Origin: a virus
Lineage: Duplodnaviria; Heunggongvirae; Uroviricota; Caudoviricetes
DNA: 47,847 nt
Direction: 5' to 3' (one strand)
Virus record (IMG/VR): IMGVR_UViG_3300021255_000128
Coordinates: 128,001-175,847 of that record
Below, in pieces: positions 47,491 to 47,847 of the stretch. Position 1 is the first letter of the stretch; each line of letters opens with the position of its first letter. The translations under genes were made by a program, and so were the position numbers. The notes below the pieces were generated by a model. It saw nothing but the letters and a program-made list of their open reading frames with translations. It was not told the DNA's origin and ran no database searches.

Positions 47491-47635
47491 CCTACAAACT
47501 ATTCAGAAATAACTTCAAGTTCCTCTATAAATAGGGCGTTTTGCCAATAGACGAGATATGATTGGTCCAACTATGGTTAAATAGTATCTGCCATTGATTG
47601 AATGGTATTTGTTGTACTCTTAATTCTATGCAAAA

Positions 47636-47847
47636 ATGAAAGCAGAAGAATTGAACAAGAAGATTGAAGATGCGATCAAAGGTCGTGTTGAGATCTTCTC
47701 ATGGTCTGAGCTGCAGGATCCTAACAATGCAGCTGCGAAAGCCTTTACGCAGGATAGAGGCGAAACCTTTGAATTCTTCGATGGAGAAGTATTCGAACTT
47801 GTTCCTCAGAACAAGGTCAGATTCGCTCCTAAGAAGTTTGATGGAGG
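47636..47847 (+). CDS. Hypothetical protein, N-terminal part (runs off window): MKAEELNKKIEDAIKGRVEIFSWSELQD..
   Basis: Open frame from ATG 47636 to the window end after an A-rich leader. Confidence 0.7.
   Translation, partial: MKAEELNKKIEDAIKGRVEIFSWSELQDPNNAAAKAFTQDRGETFEFFDGEVFELVPQNKVRFAPKKFDG

Overview
A segment of a crAss-like (Crassvirales-type) bacteriophage genome with a Bacteroidota host, inferred from canonical TTTG-N19-20-TAnnTTTG promoters. The supplied ORF track looks shredded because positions ~1-45300 (the late/structural and lysis block, almost all on the minus strand) read TGA as Trp (translation table 4). Re-read by hand with TGA=W, the fragments merge into full genes. From right to left these are a double-lysozyme virion protein, a 1370-aa Trp-rich tail protein, a plus-strand lysis cassette (HEXXH peptidase and Amidase_3 endolysin), a holin-like protein, a PD-(D/E)XK nuclease, two Cys-rich proteins, GroES-like and YodC-like proteins, a 693-aa cargo-like protein, a putative TerS, TerL and portal. 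They are followed by ~22 kb of fibre genes (3212, 991, 789 and 2280 aa, the last with a peptidase-S74 chaperone), two paralogous adhesin-like genes and a duplicated pair of small genes. From ~45590 the plus strand carries small early-type genes that use only TGG for Trp and apparently TGA as a stop, so two codes seem to coexist in one genome. That block also contains a tRNA-like element with a truncated anticodon arm. No TCA suppressor tRNA, major capsid protein, CRISPR array, reverse transcriptase or recombinase is visible. All coordinates and translations were derived by hand and family names come from motif recognition, not database searches.
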